64,000 nucleotides of DNA from the NCBI GenBank assembly GCA_030390025.1, contig CM059432.1:25112001-25176000 (forward strand). The letters run 5' to 3'. Of the stretch, positions 1 through 11,852 are shown piece after piece. Within the stretch, counting starts at the first letter, position 1; each line of letters starts with the position of its first letter. This stretch comes from Squalus acanthias. Its lineage: Eukaryota. Both the position numbers and the translations under genes were made by a program. The notes below the pieces were generated by a model. The model worked only from the letters and a program-made list of their open reading frames with translations. It ran no database searches and was not told where the DNA came from.

Positions 1-329
1 ATGGTCGATAATTTTCTGGGAGCTGCTTTTGATCTGCCACCATAGCTTCACCGAAAGTGCAGGTGAAAACCCCATTTACGTGCACTTCTGAGGAAATTAC
101 TGGCCAATGATTTGGTCATTATTACACCACACTGTGGCTGAATTTGGTAGAACCACAGCATCAACTATTTTACATTATTTGAGCTGCAAGGTTGGTTCAG
201 TTGGTTGCATTCTTGAGCAGACAGTTGAGACTGACATTTCACTGCACAGTTGAGGGAAGGTTCGAACTTGTTGGAGAGCCTGTCCATTAGATGAGGTGTT
301 AAATTGATATTCTGCCTGTTCAGGTGGAT

Positions 330-560
330 GTTAAATATCCCACAGTTGAAGAAAAGCAAGTTGTTATTCTGGCGTTTTGGCCAACATTCCTTTCTCATCC
401 AGAAAGACCAAAAAAAAAATCAAATAGAGTAGTCATTTATCTCATTACTGTTTGTGGTGAAGAATGCTACCATTTTTGGTTATATGTCAATAGTCACGGC
501 ATTGTAAAAAGTAATTCAATGCTTTGAGATATTTCAATGTGATAAGAAAAGGAACGCTTT
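330..560 (+). repeat. Degenerate 3' part of DeuSINE/SacSINE1-like SINE
   Basis: ggccaacatt...gtcatttatctcattactgtttgtgg resembles the better copy at 41020-41470. Confidence 0.5.
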
Positions 561-649
561 GCAATTATATAGCACATCTCCCATATGTCTCAAAGCACTT
601 GACATGCAATTAATTTTAGACTACAATACAATTGCATATAATCAATGTT

Positions 650-1580
650 AGGTAGTCGAGTGGTTCTGGTGCTGGATGAGTAATCCAGAGGTCATGAATG
701 CAAATCCCATCATGGCAAATTGTTAAATTAAATAAATCTGGTAATTTGTGGGTTGGCCCCAGGAACATGACCATGGAAACTGCCAGATTGTTTTAAAAAT
801 CCAACTGTTTCTCTAATGTCCTTCAGGAAGAGAACTATACCAATCTCACCTGGTTTGAGCTACATGTGACTCCAGTCTCACACTATATGGTTGACACTTA
901 GGGGTAAAAATTGGGTAGCGCCCCCTAAGTTAGCGCCCCCGCGGCCGATTTTCCCAGGTAGCGCCCCAAGAGGGAGGAGGGGCGCTATTGGAAGCGTCCC
1001 GCATCCCTGTTGGGGTGCTGCGAGCCAGCATTGCGGCGCTACGTGCCACAATACTGCAGGCCTTCCTCCCCTTATTAAAGGGGAGGGGCCTGGCGCAGCG
1101 CATCCCGGTGCCCAGCTGGGTCACCAGGGATCGGGAGTGCCGGCAAACGAGCCCGGTACTCAAGAGGAGTGCCGGGCTCATGGAGAGCAGCCGGCACCCT
1201 GCGGGGGGGCTTCACGGGAGCCGGGGACAGCAACGGAGGCAGGTGCTGGCAGGCGACCAGCAACAAAAATGGTCGCCCGCCACCTCCCCTTTAACTAGCG
1301 CCACCCCGGCCGCAGGTAGGCCCTCCTGACCCCGGCGGACATAGCGTCCGGTGGTAAGTCGGGGGACGTCATCCAATATTACAGCCAGGCCGCGAGCGGG
1401 GCGCTGCACACGGCGATGACGTCATCGCCGGCAGCGCGGCGCGGCACTATGAATTTTGTGGGAGGTGTTAGTGGCGCCACGCCCAGGCGCTAGTTGATTT
1501 GCGCCCTGTTAGCGCCCATAACCGAACTTAGCCCCCTTAATGTCTTGCGAGTGTTGCCTGCATCCCAAGATAAAAATATA
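650..1580 (+). repeat. tRNA-derived SINE (family B), split by the MITE at 901-1536
   Basis: Homologous to 56113-56505 and 25006-25268 (tgaccatg..aac, ctaatgtccttcaggaag, tacatgtgactccag); tail resumes after 1536. Confidence 0.7.
901..1536. mobile_element. PIF/Harbinger-type MITE
   Basis: TTA target duplication (898-900, 1537-1539), GGGG...CCCCC imperfect termini, GC-rich, repeated TAGCGCC motifs, cleanly interrupts a SINE. Confidence 0.75.
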
Positions 1581-1859
1581 AGAATTACTCTGAAGTACAT
1601 TGACTGCTGTTATATAGTTAAGTGCAGAAGTCATTTTGGCATAAGACCCCACCTGCAGCAGTGAGATGTAAAACCTGTTTATCAGGGTTTTTATGGTGTT
1701 GGTTGAGGAAACAGCGTTCAGCCAGGAACCCTGGGAGAAATCAATCCGCATCTTCAAAACGTGCCATGGGATTTTAATCTTCACCGAAACAGGCAGGCAG
1801 AGCCTTGGTTTAACGTCTTATCTGAAGGATTATCCCCCTCCAACAATACAGTTGCATAT

Positions 1860-2483
1860 TAGTGAAGTTATGCTAAATTAGTGAAGTTATGCTAAACTTG
1901 TATCGAACCTTGGTTAGACCACACTTGGAGTACTGCGTACAATTCTGGTCGTCATATTACAAAAAGGATATAGAGGCACTGGAGAGGGTGCAGAGAAGAT
2001 TTACAAGGATGATACCAGAAATGCGAGGGCATACCTATCAGGAAAGGATGAACAGGCTGGGTCTCTTCTCTCTTTAAAAAAGAAGGATGAGGGGTAACCT
2101 AATTGAGGTCTTTAAAATTCTGAAAGGTTTTGATAGAGGAGATACAGAGAGAATGTTTCCACTTGTGGTGAAGAGCATAACTACAGGCCATCAATATAAG
2201 ATAGTCACCAAGAAATCAAATAGGGAATTCAGAAGAAACTTCTTTACCCAGAGAGTGGTGAGAATGTTGAACTCGCTACCACAGGGAGTGGTTGAAGTGA
2301 ATAGTATAGATGCATTTAAGGGGTGGTTAGACAAGCATATGAGGGAGAAGGGAATAGAGGGTTATGCTGATAGAGTTAGATGAGGAAAAATGGGAGGAGG
2401 CTCGAGTGGAGCATAAACCAGCATGGACTGGTTGGGCCGAATGGCCTGTTTCTGTGCTGTATATCCTATATAATCCTATGTAA
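1860..2483 (+). mobile_element. CR1 LINE 3' fragment, inserted in a degenerate minus-strand SacSINE1-like copy
   Basis: ORFs 1889-2077 and 2087-2383 match the CR1 ORF2 C-terminus (LVRPHLEYCVQFW, RNFFTQRVV); CR1 3' UTR follows. Confidence 0.9.
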
Positions 2484-3939
2484 TGCAACACTGCCTCAGT
2501 AGTGCACTGAAATGCAAACATACAAAAATGATGGGGCTAATAAGGGGGAAATAAAAATCAGAAAAATTTCTCTCCAGCCCCCGTGGGCGATTGAAGCCAG
2601 CCCAGGAGATCACATTGACCATGTGTACATTAACCGTCAATCCATTTACCTTCTATATAATGGAATATCATCCTAGATTACCTGTTCAAATTCTGTAGGT
2701 GGATATACACCCACAATGTCTGACTCAGATGTAAAATTTGCACTAACAGAGCCAACTACAATGTAAATACTGTATATCATTTTTTTAATTTAATTTTGAA
2801 ATTGCTTTGAAAGAATTGTAATAGCTTCCTCCAAAATAAAAATGAAAAGGACCGGAGGCATTGGGGCAGGATAATTTACTTCTTCTTTTCCTCAGAATGA
2901 AGATGTTTCAACTTCTGCATCTTTTTACAAATAAATACATGCTGGGTGAGTTCCTTTGCTAAAGAAGCACTTTAGGATGAGGTATAGCATGGGGCAGTTT
3001 GAGAGAAAAGCTGCTTCTACCTTGCCCAATTAAGTCTTAACCACAGGCAGAGAAGAGCACCCTTAGTGCACCAGTGTGACATTATCATTTCACATAGCGG
3101 CCATCCTTATGATCGGTCTTGATTCAGAATGCCAATTTGGGGGCCGTTTTTTCACCTTGGGTAGACATGTGGCAGACTGCGTGATTGTGATGCCCACCTG
3201 ATAACCTTTGATGGCTATGTCTCATCTGCATAATGTCGGCAAGCTGTGAGCACTGAATCAGGGATTACGGGCAGTTCGCCAGTTGGTGGTGGCTGGATAT
3301 AAAGTGGCCCCACCATAGAGCCGAGATGGAAGATCAATGTTAAAGGGAGTGGGGCGAGAGTGGCGACCGGCTGTGGGCTGGAAGATTTTTGTGGGACCAG
3401 TAGGAACGTTCATGCATTCCTGCCCCTCCTGGCAAACAAAAATCTCAAACACGCAACCTGCAGTGGTTCCTTTAAGGTTAGGCCACTCTACCTTTTGTGC
3501 TAATGGACGTCCATGTGTGGGGTACTCTATATTGGCACCTCAAAATTGCGTTGGGGTATGTCGTAGGACCCCGATCTGCATATTACAAGTAGGCTGCCGC
3601 CTAAAACAGGCAGGTGTCTGGGCCGCTCATGTGAAGGCCCCAATGAAAATGTTGGCAGGCAGATCAGGAGCTGAACAGGGCGGTAAGTTGAGGCCCAGGA
3701 TTTTTGGAGTGCTACCGCCCCATATCCGCCTGGCGGAGTCCATTAAAATAGTCACTTTAAGGTCAATTGCTTGTAGTTTTGCCTTGTGGACTCAACTCCA
3801 CGAACTCAAACTCTCTGTGCAGGATCCTTACACTTGGCAGAAAGAGAGAGAGAGATTCAACGTAGGTCCCAGAGGTTTTAACCAACTAAACCAGCAGTTG
3901 TCCTCATCCACAATAAGATAAAACTTCCCAGATAGATGG

Positions 3940-4147
3940 TGATATCTATAGCCATCTGAGAGGGCAGACAGGACCTCGGTTTAAAATCTCATTGAAAGAC
4001 AACACCTCCAACAGTGCAGGACCTCCTCAGTACTGGCACTGGGAGTGTCAGCCTGGATTGTGTGCTCAAGTTTCTGGAGTGGGGCTTCAACCCACAACCT
4101 TCTGACTCAGAGGCAAGAGTTCTACCCACTGAGCCATGGCTGACACT
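3940..4147 (-). repeat. SacSINE1-like SINE, 5' (tRNA-derived) half
   Basis: Homologous to 53990-54167; A-box-like and B-box-like motifs on the minus strand. Confidence 0.75.
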
Positions 4148-4149
4148 AG

Positions 4150-4365
4150 TACCACCCTCAACCCCAGCTACTGTCTCAGGTTGAATTAGACTGTTTGCAA
4201 ACTCGGTGAACTATTCTACCCTGTGCTGAGTGGCTGACCCCATATCCTCCCTATCATAAAGAATGCCGACTTCTATCTCTGCAACATCACCTGCCTCCAA
4301 CTCTGCCTTAGCTCGTTTGCTGCTAAAACTCTCATCTATGGCTTTGTCTCCTCCAGACTCAACTT
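4150..4365 (+). mobile_element. Old L2 LINE fragment
   Basis: ctgctaaaactctcatctatggctttgtctcctccagactc matches the AAETLIHAFVTSRLD region of the L2 at 12117-13073. Confidence 0.6.
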
Positions 4366-4410
4366 GTATTTTTATTCATTCCTGGGATGTGGGCACACTG
4401 GCAAGGCCAG

Positions 4411-5119
4411 ACAGTGAATGGGTGACCAAAAAGCAGGGCAATATCAGGAAGGTAGTGCAGGAGTCCCCTGTGGGCATCTCCCTCCAAAACAGGTATGCCG
4501 CTTTGGATACTGTTGGGGGAGATGGCCTACCAGGGGAAGGCACTAGCAGCCAGGTTCATGGCACCATGGCTGGCTCTGCTGCACAGCAGGGCGGGAAAAA
4601 GAGTGGTAGGGCTATAGTGATAGGGGACTCAATTGTAAGGGGAATAGACAGGAGTTTCTGTGGCCGCAAACGAGATTCCAGGATGGTATGTTGCCTCCCT
4701 GGTGCAAGGGTCAAGGATGTCTCGGAGCGGCTGCAGAACATTCTGAAGAGGGAGGGTGAACAGCCAGCTGTCGTGGTGCGCAGGTAGGTACCAACAATAT
4801 AGGTAAAAAGCGGGAAGAGGTCCTACAAGCAGAATTTAGGGAGCTAGGAGCTAAATTAAAAAGTAGGACCTCTAAGGTAGTAATCTCTGGATTGCTACCA
4901 GGGCCATGTGCTAATCAGAATAGAGAGAACAGGATAGTGAGATTGAATACGTGGCTTGAGCAGTGGTGCAGGAGGGAGGGATTCAAATTCCTGAGGCATT
5001 GGAACCAGTTCTGGGGGAAGTGGGACCTGTACAAAAGGGACGGTCTGCACTTGGGCAGGACTGGAACCGATGTCCTCGGGGTAATATTTGCTAAAGCAGT
5101 TCGGGAGGATTTAAACTAA
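4411..5119 (+). pseudogene. CR1 ORF1, SGNH/GDSL esterase domain (frameshift near 4783)
   Basis: VIGDSIVRG, CCLPGARVKD and DGLHL motifs; 4-nt gtag duplication near 4783 breaks the frame; ends LN-stop. Confidence 0.9.
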
Positions 5120-8102
5120 TATGGCAGGGGAATGGGAACCTATGTAGCGAAACAGGGGGAAGTAATATGCAGTCAGAAACAAATGTTAGAAGGGTGAGAA
5201 ACAATAGGGGAAGGCCGAGTAAACAAAGGCAAGAAACACAAAGAGCCATACTAAATCATAAGTCTAACAGGACAAAGGATGTTAATAAAACAAGCCTAAA
5301 GTCTCTGTGTCTTAATGCAAGGAGTATCCGTAATAAGGTGGATGAATTGACTGTGCAAATAGATGTTAACGGATACGATGTGATTGGGATTACAGAGACG
5401 TGGCTCCAGAACAATCAAGGCTGGGAACTGAACATCCAGGGGTATTCAACATTCAGAAAGGATAGAATAAAAGGAAAAGGGGGTGGGGTAGCATTGCTGG
5501 TTAAAGAGGAGATTAATGCAATAGCTAGGAAGGACATCAGCTTGGAGGATGTGGAATCAATATGGGTTGAGCTGCAGAACACCAAAGGGCAGAAACGTTA
5601 GTGGGAGTTGTGTACAGACCTCCAAACAGCAGTAGTGAGGTGGGGGAGGGTATGAAACAGGAAATCAGAGGTGCGTGCAAAAAAGGCACGGCAGTTATCA
5701 TGGGTGACTTTAATATGCATATAGATTGGGCTACTCAAACTGGAAGCAATACGGTGGAGGAGGATTTCCTGGAGTGTTTAAGGGATGGTTTCCTAAACCA
5801 ATATGTTGAGGAACCAACTCGAGGGGAGGCCATCCTGGACTGGGTGTTGTGTAATGAGGAAGGACTAATCAGCAATCTTGTGGTACGAGGCCCCCTGGGG
5901 AAGAGTGACCATAGTATGGTGGAGTTCTACATTAGGATGGAGAAGGAAACAGTTAAGTCAGAGACCATGGTCCAGAACTTAAATAAGGGCAACTTTGAGG
6001 GTATGAGGCGTGAATTGGTGAGGTTAAATTGGCAAGCGATATTTAAGGGGCTATCAGTGGAAGGGCAATGGCAGACATTTAGAGATCGCATGGATGAACT
6101 ACAACAATTGTACATCCCGGTCTGGCGTAAAAATAAAAAAGGGAAGGTGGCTCAACCATGGCTAACAAGGGAAATCAGGGATAGTATTAAAACCAAGGAA
6201 GTTGCATACAAATTGGCCAGAAGTAGCAGCAAACCCGGGGACTGGGAGAACTTCAAAACTCAGCAGAGGAGGACGAAGGGTTTGATTAGGGCAGGGAAAA
6301 TAAAATATGAAAGGAAGCTTGCAGAGAACATTAAAATGGACTGCAAAAGCTTCTATAAATATGTAAAAAGAAAGAGGTTAGTAAAAACAAACGTAGGTCC
6401 CCTGCAGTCGGAAACAGGGGAAGTCGTAATGGGGAACAAGGAAATGGCAGATCAATTGAACAAGTACTTTGGTTCGGTGTTTACTGTGGAGGACACACAC
6501 AACCTGCCGGAAATAAAAGGGGTCAGAGGATCTGGTAAGAGGGAGGAGCTGAGGGAAATCCTTATTAGACGGGAAAAGGTATTGGGAAAATTGATGGGAG
6601 TGAAGGCTGAAAAATCCCCGGGGCCTGATGGTCTGCATCCCAGAGTACTTAAGGAGGTGGCCTTGGAAATAGTGGATGCATTGACGATCATTTTCCAACA
6701 TTCCTTAGACTCTGGATCAGTTCCGATGGAGTGGAGGGTGGCCAATGTAACCCCTCTTTTTAAAAAAGGAGGGAGGGAGAAAGCAGGGAATTATAGACCG
6801 GTCAGCCTGACATCGGTCGTGGGTAAAATGATGGAAGCAATTATTAAAGATGTCATAACAGACCATTTGGAAAGTGGCGACATGATAGGTCCAAGTCAGC
6901 ATGGATTTGTGAAAGGGAAATCATGCTTGACAAATCTTCTGGAATTTTTTGAGGATGTTCCCAATAGGGTGGACAGGGGGGAACCAGTAGATGTGGTGTA
7001 TTTGGACTTTCAGAAGGCCTTCGACAAGGTCCCACACAAGAGATTGGTGAGCAAAGTTAAAGCACATGGGATTGGGGGTAATGTATTGACGTGGATTGAG
7101 AACTGGTTGGCACACAGGAAACAAAGAGTAGGAGTAAATGGGTACTTTTCAGAATGGCAGGCAGTGACCAGCGGGGTACCGCAGGGTTCGGTGCTGGGAC
7201 CCCATCTGTTTACATTATATATTAATGATTTGGACGAAGGGATTAAATGTAATATCTCCAAATTTGCGGATGACACTAAATTGGGAGGCAGTGTAAACAA
7301 TGAGGAGGATGCTAGGAGGCTACAGAGTGACTTGGACAGGTTGGGTGAATGGGCAAATGTATGGCAGATGAAGTACAATGTGGATAAATGTGAGGTTATC
7401 CACTTTGGTGGTAAAAATAGAGAGGCGGACTATTACCTGAATGGTGGCAGATTAGGAAAAGGGGAGGTGCAACGAGACCTGGGCGTCATGGTACATCAGT
7501 CACTGAAGGTGGGAATGCAAGTGCAGCAGGCAGTCAAGAAAGCAAACGGAATGATGGCCTTCATAGTAAGGGGATTTGAGTACAGGAGAAGGGAGGTGAT
7601 GCTGCAGTTGTACAGGGCCTTGGTGAGGCCACACCTGGAGTATTGTGCGCAGTTTTGGTCTCCTAACTTAAGGAAGGACATTCTTGCTATTGAGGGAGTG
7701 CAGCGAAGGTTCACTAGATTGATTCCTGGGATGGCCGGTCTGACATATCAAGAAAGATTGGGTCAACTGAACTTGTATCCTCTGGAGTTCAGAAGAATGA
7801 GGGGGGATCTTATAGAGACATTTAAAATCCTGACTGGTTTAGACAAATTAGATGCGGGCAGAATGTTCCCAATGTTAGGGGAAACTAGAACCAGGGGTCA
7901 CAGTCTAAGGATTAAGGGGAAGCCATTTAAGACTGAGCTGAGGAGGAACTTCTTCACCCAGAGAGTGGTGAATCTATGGAATTCTCTTCCACAGAAGGTT
8001 GTTGAGGCCAGTTTGCTAAATATATTCAAAAGGGAGTTAGATATAACACTCACAACTAGGGGGATCAAGGGGTATGGCGAGAAAGCAGGAATGGGGTACT
8101 GA
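5110..8102 (+). pseudogene. CR1 ORF2, AP endonuclease plus reverse transcriptase (one 1-nt frameshift near 5596)
   Basis: LNARS, ITETW, GDFN, SDH, YRPVSL, LDFQKAFD, QGSVLGP and FADD motifs; 833-codon open segment 5601-8102. Confidence 0.93.
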
Positions 8103-11100
8103 GGTAGCATGTTCAGCCATGAACGCATTGAATGGCGGTGCAGGCTCGAAGGACCGAATGGTCTACTCCTGTACCTATTTTCTATGTTTCTATGTTTCTA
8201 TTGTCCATCCCTAATCGCCCTTGAGAAGTTGGTGGTGAGCCGCCTTCTTGAACTGCGACAGTCCTTGTGGTGAAGGTACTCCTGTAGTGCTTTAGGGAGG
8301 CAGTTGCAGAATTTTGACCCAGCGACGATGAAGGAACGGCGATATATTTCCAAGTCAGAATGGTGTGTGACTTGGAGGGGAACTGGGAGGTGGTGGTGTT
8401 CCCATGCACCTGCTGCCCTTGTCCTTCTAGATGGTAGAGGTCCCTGGTTTGGGAGGTGCTGTCGAAGAAGCCTTGGCGAGTTGCTGCAGTGCATCTTGTA
8501 GATGGTACACACTGCAGCCACAGTGCACCGGTGGTGGAGGGAGTGAATGTTTAAGGTGGTGGATGGGGTGCCAATCAGGCAGGCTGCTTTGTCCTGGATG
8601 GTGTCGAGCTTCTTGAGTGTTGTTGAAGCTGCACTCAACCAGGCAAGTGGAGAGTATTCAATCACATGCCTGACTTATGCCTTGTAGATGGTGGAAAGGC
8701 TTTGGGGAGTTAGGAGATGAGACACTTGCTGCCGAATACCCAGTATCTGACCTGTTCTTGTAGCCACAGTATTTATGTGGCTGGTCCAGTTAACTTTCTA
8801 GTCAATGGTGACCCCCAGGATATTGATGGTGGGGGATTCATAAGAACATAAGAAATAGGAGCAGGAGTAGGCCATTTGGCCCCTCGAGCCTGCTGCGCCA
8901 TTGAGTAAGATCATGGCTGATCCTGTACCTCAACTCCACTTTCCTGCACTATCCCCATATCCCTTGATTCCCTTAATATCCAAAAATCTATTGATCTCTG
9001 TCTTGAATATACTCAACGACTGAGCCGCCACAGCCCTCTGAGGTAGAGAATTCCAAAGATTCACCACCCTCTGAGTGAAGAAATTTCTCCTCATCTCAGT
9101 CCTAAATGGCCGACCCCTTATTCTGAGTCTGTGACCCCTGGTTCTAGACTCCCCAGCCAGGGGAAACATCCTCCCTGCATCTACCCTGTCAAACCCTGTA
9201 AGAAATTTGTATGTTTCAATGAGATCGCCTCTCATTCTTCTAAACTCTGGAGAATATAGGCCCAGTCTACTCAATCTCTCCTCATAGGACAATCCCCCCA
9301 GCCCAGGAACCAGTCTGTTGATCCTTTGTTGAACTCCCTCTATGGCAAGTATATCCTTCCTTAGGTAAGGAGAGCAAAAATGTACACAATACTCCAGGTG
9401 TAGTTTCACCAGGGCCCTATATAATTGCAGTAAGACGTCTTTACTCTTATACTCAAATCCTCTTGTAATAAAGGCCAACATACCATTTGTTTTCCGAATT
9501 GCTTGCTGTACCTGCACGTTAACTTTCAGTGATTCGTGTACAAAGTCCCTCTGAACATCAACATTTCCCAATCTCTCACCATTTAAAAAATCCTCTGCTT
9601 TTCTATTTTTCCTACCAAAGTGCATAACTTCACATTTCTCCACATTATATTCCATTTGCCATGTTCTTACCCACTTACTAACATTATAAGCCTTTTCCTT
9701 TGAGCTAATATTATCTTTAACTTCTCTTGTTAGCCACGGTTGGACCACTTTTCATGTGGGATTTTTGTGCCTTAAAGGAATGTATGTTTGTTGTAAATTA
9801 TGTATTAATTCTTTAAATGCTAGCCTTTGCTTCTCTACCATCATACCTTTTAATGTAGTCTCCCAATCTACCTTAGCCAACTCGCCCCTCATACCTACAT
9901 AGTTTGCTTTGTTTAGATTTAAGACCCTAGTTTCAGATTTAACTGAATCACTTTCAAACTCAATATAAAATTCTATCATATTATGGTCACTCTTCCCTAA
10001 AGGCCCATTTACTACAAGGTTATTAATTAACCCTTTCTCGTTGCACAATAATAGATTTAAAATAGCCTGTTCCCTAGTTGGTTCCTCAACATACTGATCT
10101 AAAACTATGTTGCATACATTCCATGAATTCATCTTCCACACTATTACTGCAAATTTGGTTTGCCCAGTCTATATGTAGATTAAATCCCCCATGATTACTG
10201 CATTACCCTTATTACATGCTCCTCTAATTTCCTGATTTATACTCTGCCCTACATTACAACTATTGTTTGGGGGCCTATAAACAACTCCTACCAATGTTTT
10301 CTGCCCTTTGCTGTTTCTTAGCTCCACCCAAATTGATTGTACTTCTTGATTTTCGGAGCTAAGATCCTTTCTCTCTACTGTCTTTATCCCATCCTTTATT
10401 ATCAGGGCTACCCCTCCTCCTTTTCCATTTTGCCTATCTCTCCTAAAAGTTAAGTATCCTGGAATATTTAGTTCCCAACCTTGGCCACTTTGTACCCACG
10501 TCTCCGTAATGGCTATTAGATCAAACCTGTTAATTTCTATCTGCACTATTAATTCATCTGTTTTATTGTGAATGCTTCGTGCATTCAGATATAGTGCATT
10601 TAGCTTTGACTTATTTCTATTTTTCCCTGCTGTCACCTTAGTCACTGATGCCTTATTACCTTTGTTACTCTCTCTGTCCATTCCTGACCCACTCTGCTTA
10701 TTTTTACCCAATACTCTACTCTGCTCTAGAGCCTTGACATTTCTCTCACTGCTTTTAAATTTACTCTTTCCTGAATCCTCCCATCCCCCCATTCATTAGT
10801 TTAAAGCCCTGTCTACTGCCCTAGTTATTCAGTTCGCCAGGATACTGGTCACAGTCCGGTTTAAGTGGAGCCTGTCCCAATGGAACAGCTCCCTCTTTCC
10901 CCATTACTGGTGCCAGTGCCCCATGAACTGAAACCCCTTCCTCTCACACCACTCTTTGAGCCATGCATTTAAACCTCTAATCTGTTTGTCCCTATGCCAA
11001 TTTGCGCGTGGCTCAGGCAACAATCCAGAAATTATTACCTTTGAGGTTCTGCTTTTTAATTTGGATCCTAGATCCTCAAACTCCCTCAGCTGAACCTCAT

Positions 11101-11852
11101 TCCTAGTTCTACCTATGTTGTTGGTTCCTACGTGGACCATGACAACTGGATCCTTCCCCTTCCGCTTCAAGTTCTCCTCCAGCCGCGAGTTTTTAATCCT
11201 GGCACCGGGCAGGCAACACAACCTTCGGAACTCTCGGTCACGGCTGCAGAGAACAGTATCTATCTCCCTGACTATACTGTCCCCTACCACAACTACATTC
11301 CCTTTCACTCCCCCACTTGAATGGCCTCCTGCACCATGGTGCCATGGTCAGCTTGCTCATCCATCCTGCAGGCTTTTCCCTCATCCACACAGGCAGCAAG
11401 AACCTCATACCTGCTGGACAAGGGCAAAGGCTGAGGTTCCTCCAGCACTGCACCTGGGGTCCCCTTACCTGCCTGAGTAGCAGTTACATCCTCCTGTCCC
11501 TGATCACTAACCAGACCTGTTCCACTACCTAACCTAAGGGGTGTGACTGCCCCATGGATCAAAGTGTCCAGGTAACTCTCCCCATCCCTGATGCCCCGCA
11601 ATGTCTGCACCTCAGACTCCAGCTCAAAAACTCTGAGCTCAAGATGCAGGCACTTACTGAAAATGTGGTTGTCCAGGATCACAATGCTCTCCACAAACTC
11701 CCACATGCTGCAGTTGCGGCACTCCACCTGCACTGCCATCCCTATATGAACTTGTTTTATTTAATTAAATTTAATTAAATTTGTAAATAGGTAACTTAGT
11801 TTACAGTGTAGTTTCTTGACTACTTACTTGATCTAAATTAAGTTATACAATA

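Larger units (their letters stand above)
4411..8200 (+). mobile_element. Young CR1 LINE, 5'-truncated inside ORF1
   Basis: Esterase ORF1, APE-RT ORF2, CR1 3' UTR ending in (tttctatg)n. Confidence 0.95.

Noticed and set aside
891..1409. Overlapping GC-rich ORFs
   Set aside because: They lie within a MITE; open frames are expected from GC content and show no recognisable domain
3337..3921. 194-aa ORF
   Set aside because: No recognisable motif; overlaps MITE-like GC-rich sequence whose ends I could not define
5927..8128. Antisense ORFs over CR1 ORF2
   Set aside because: Shadow frames of the retrotransposon coding sequence
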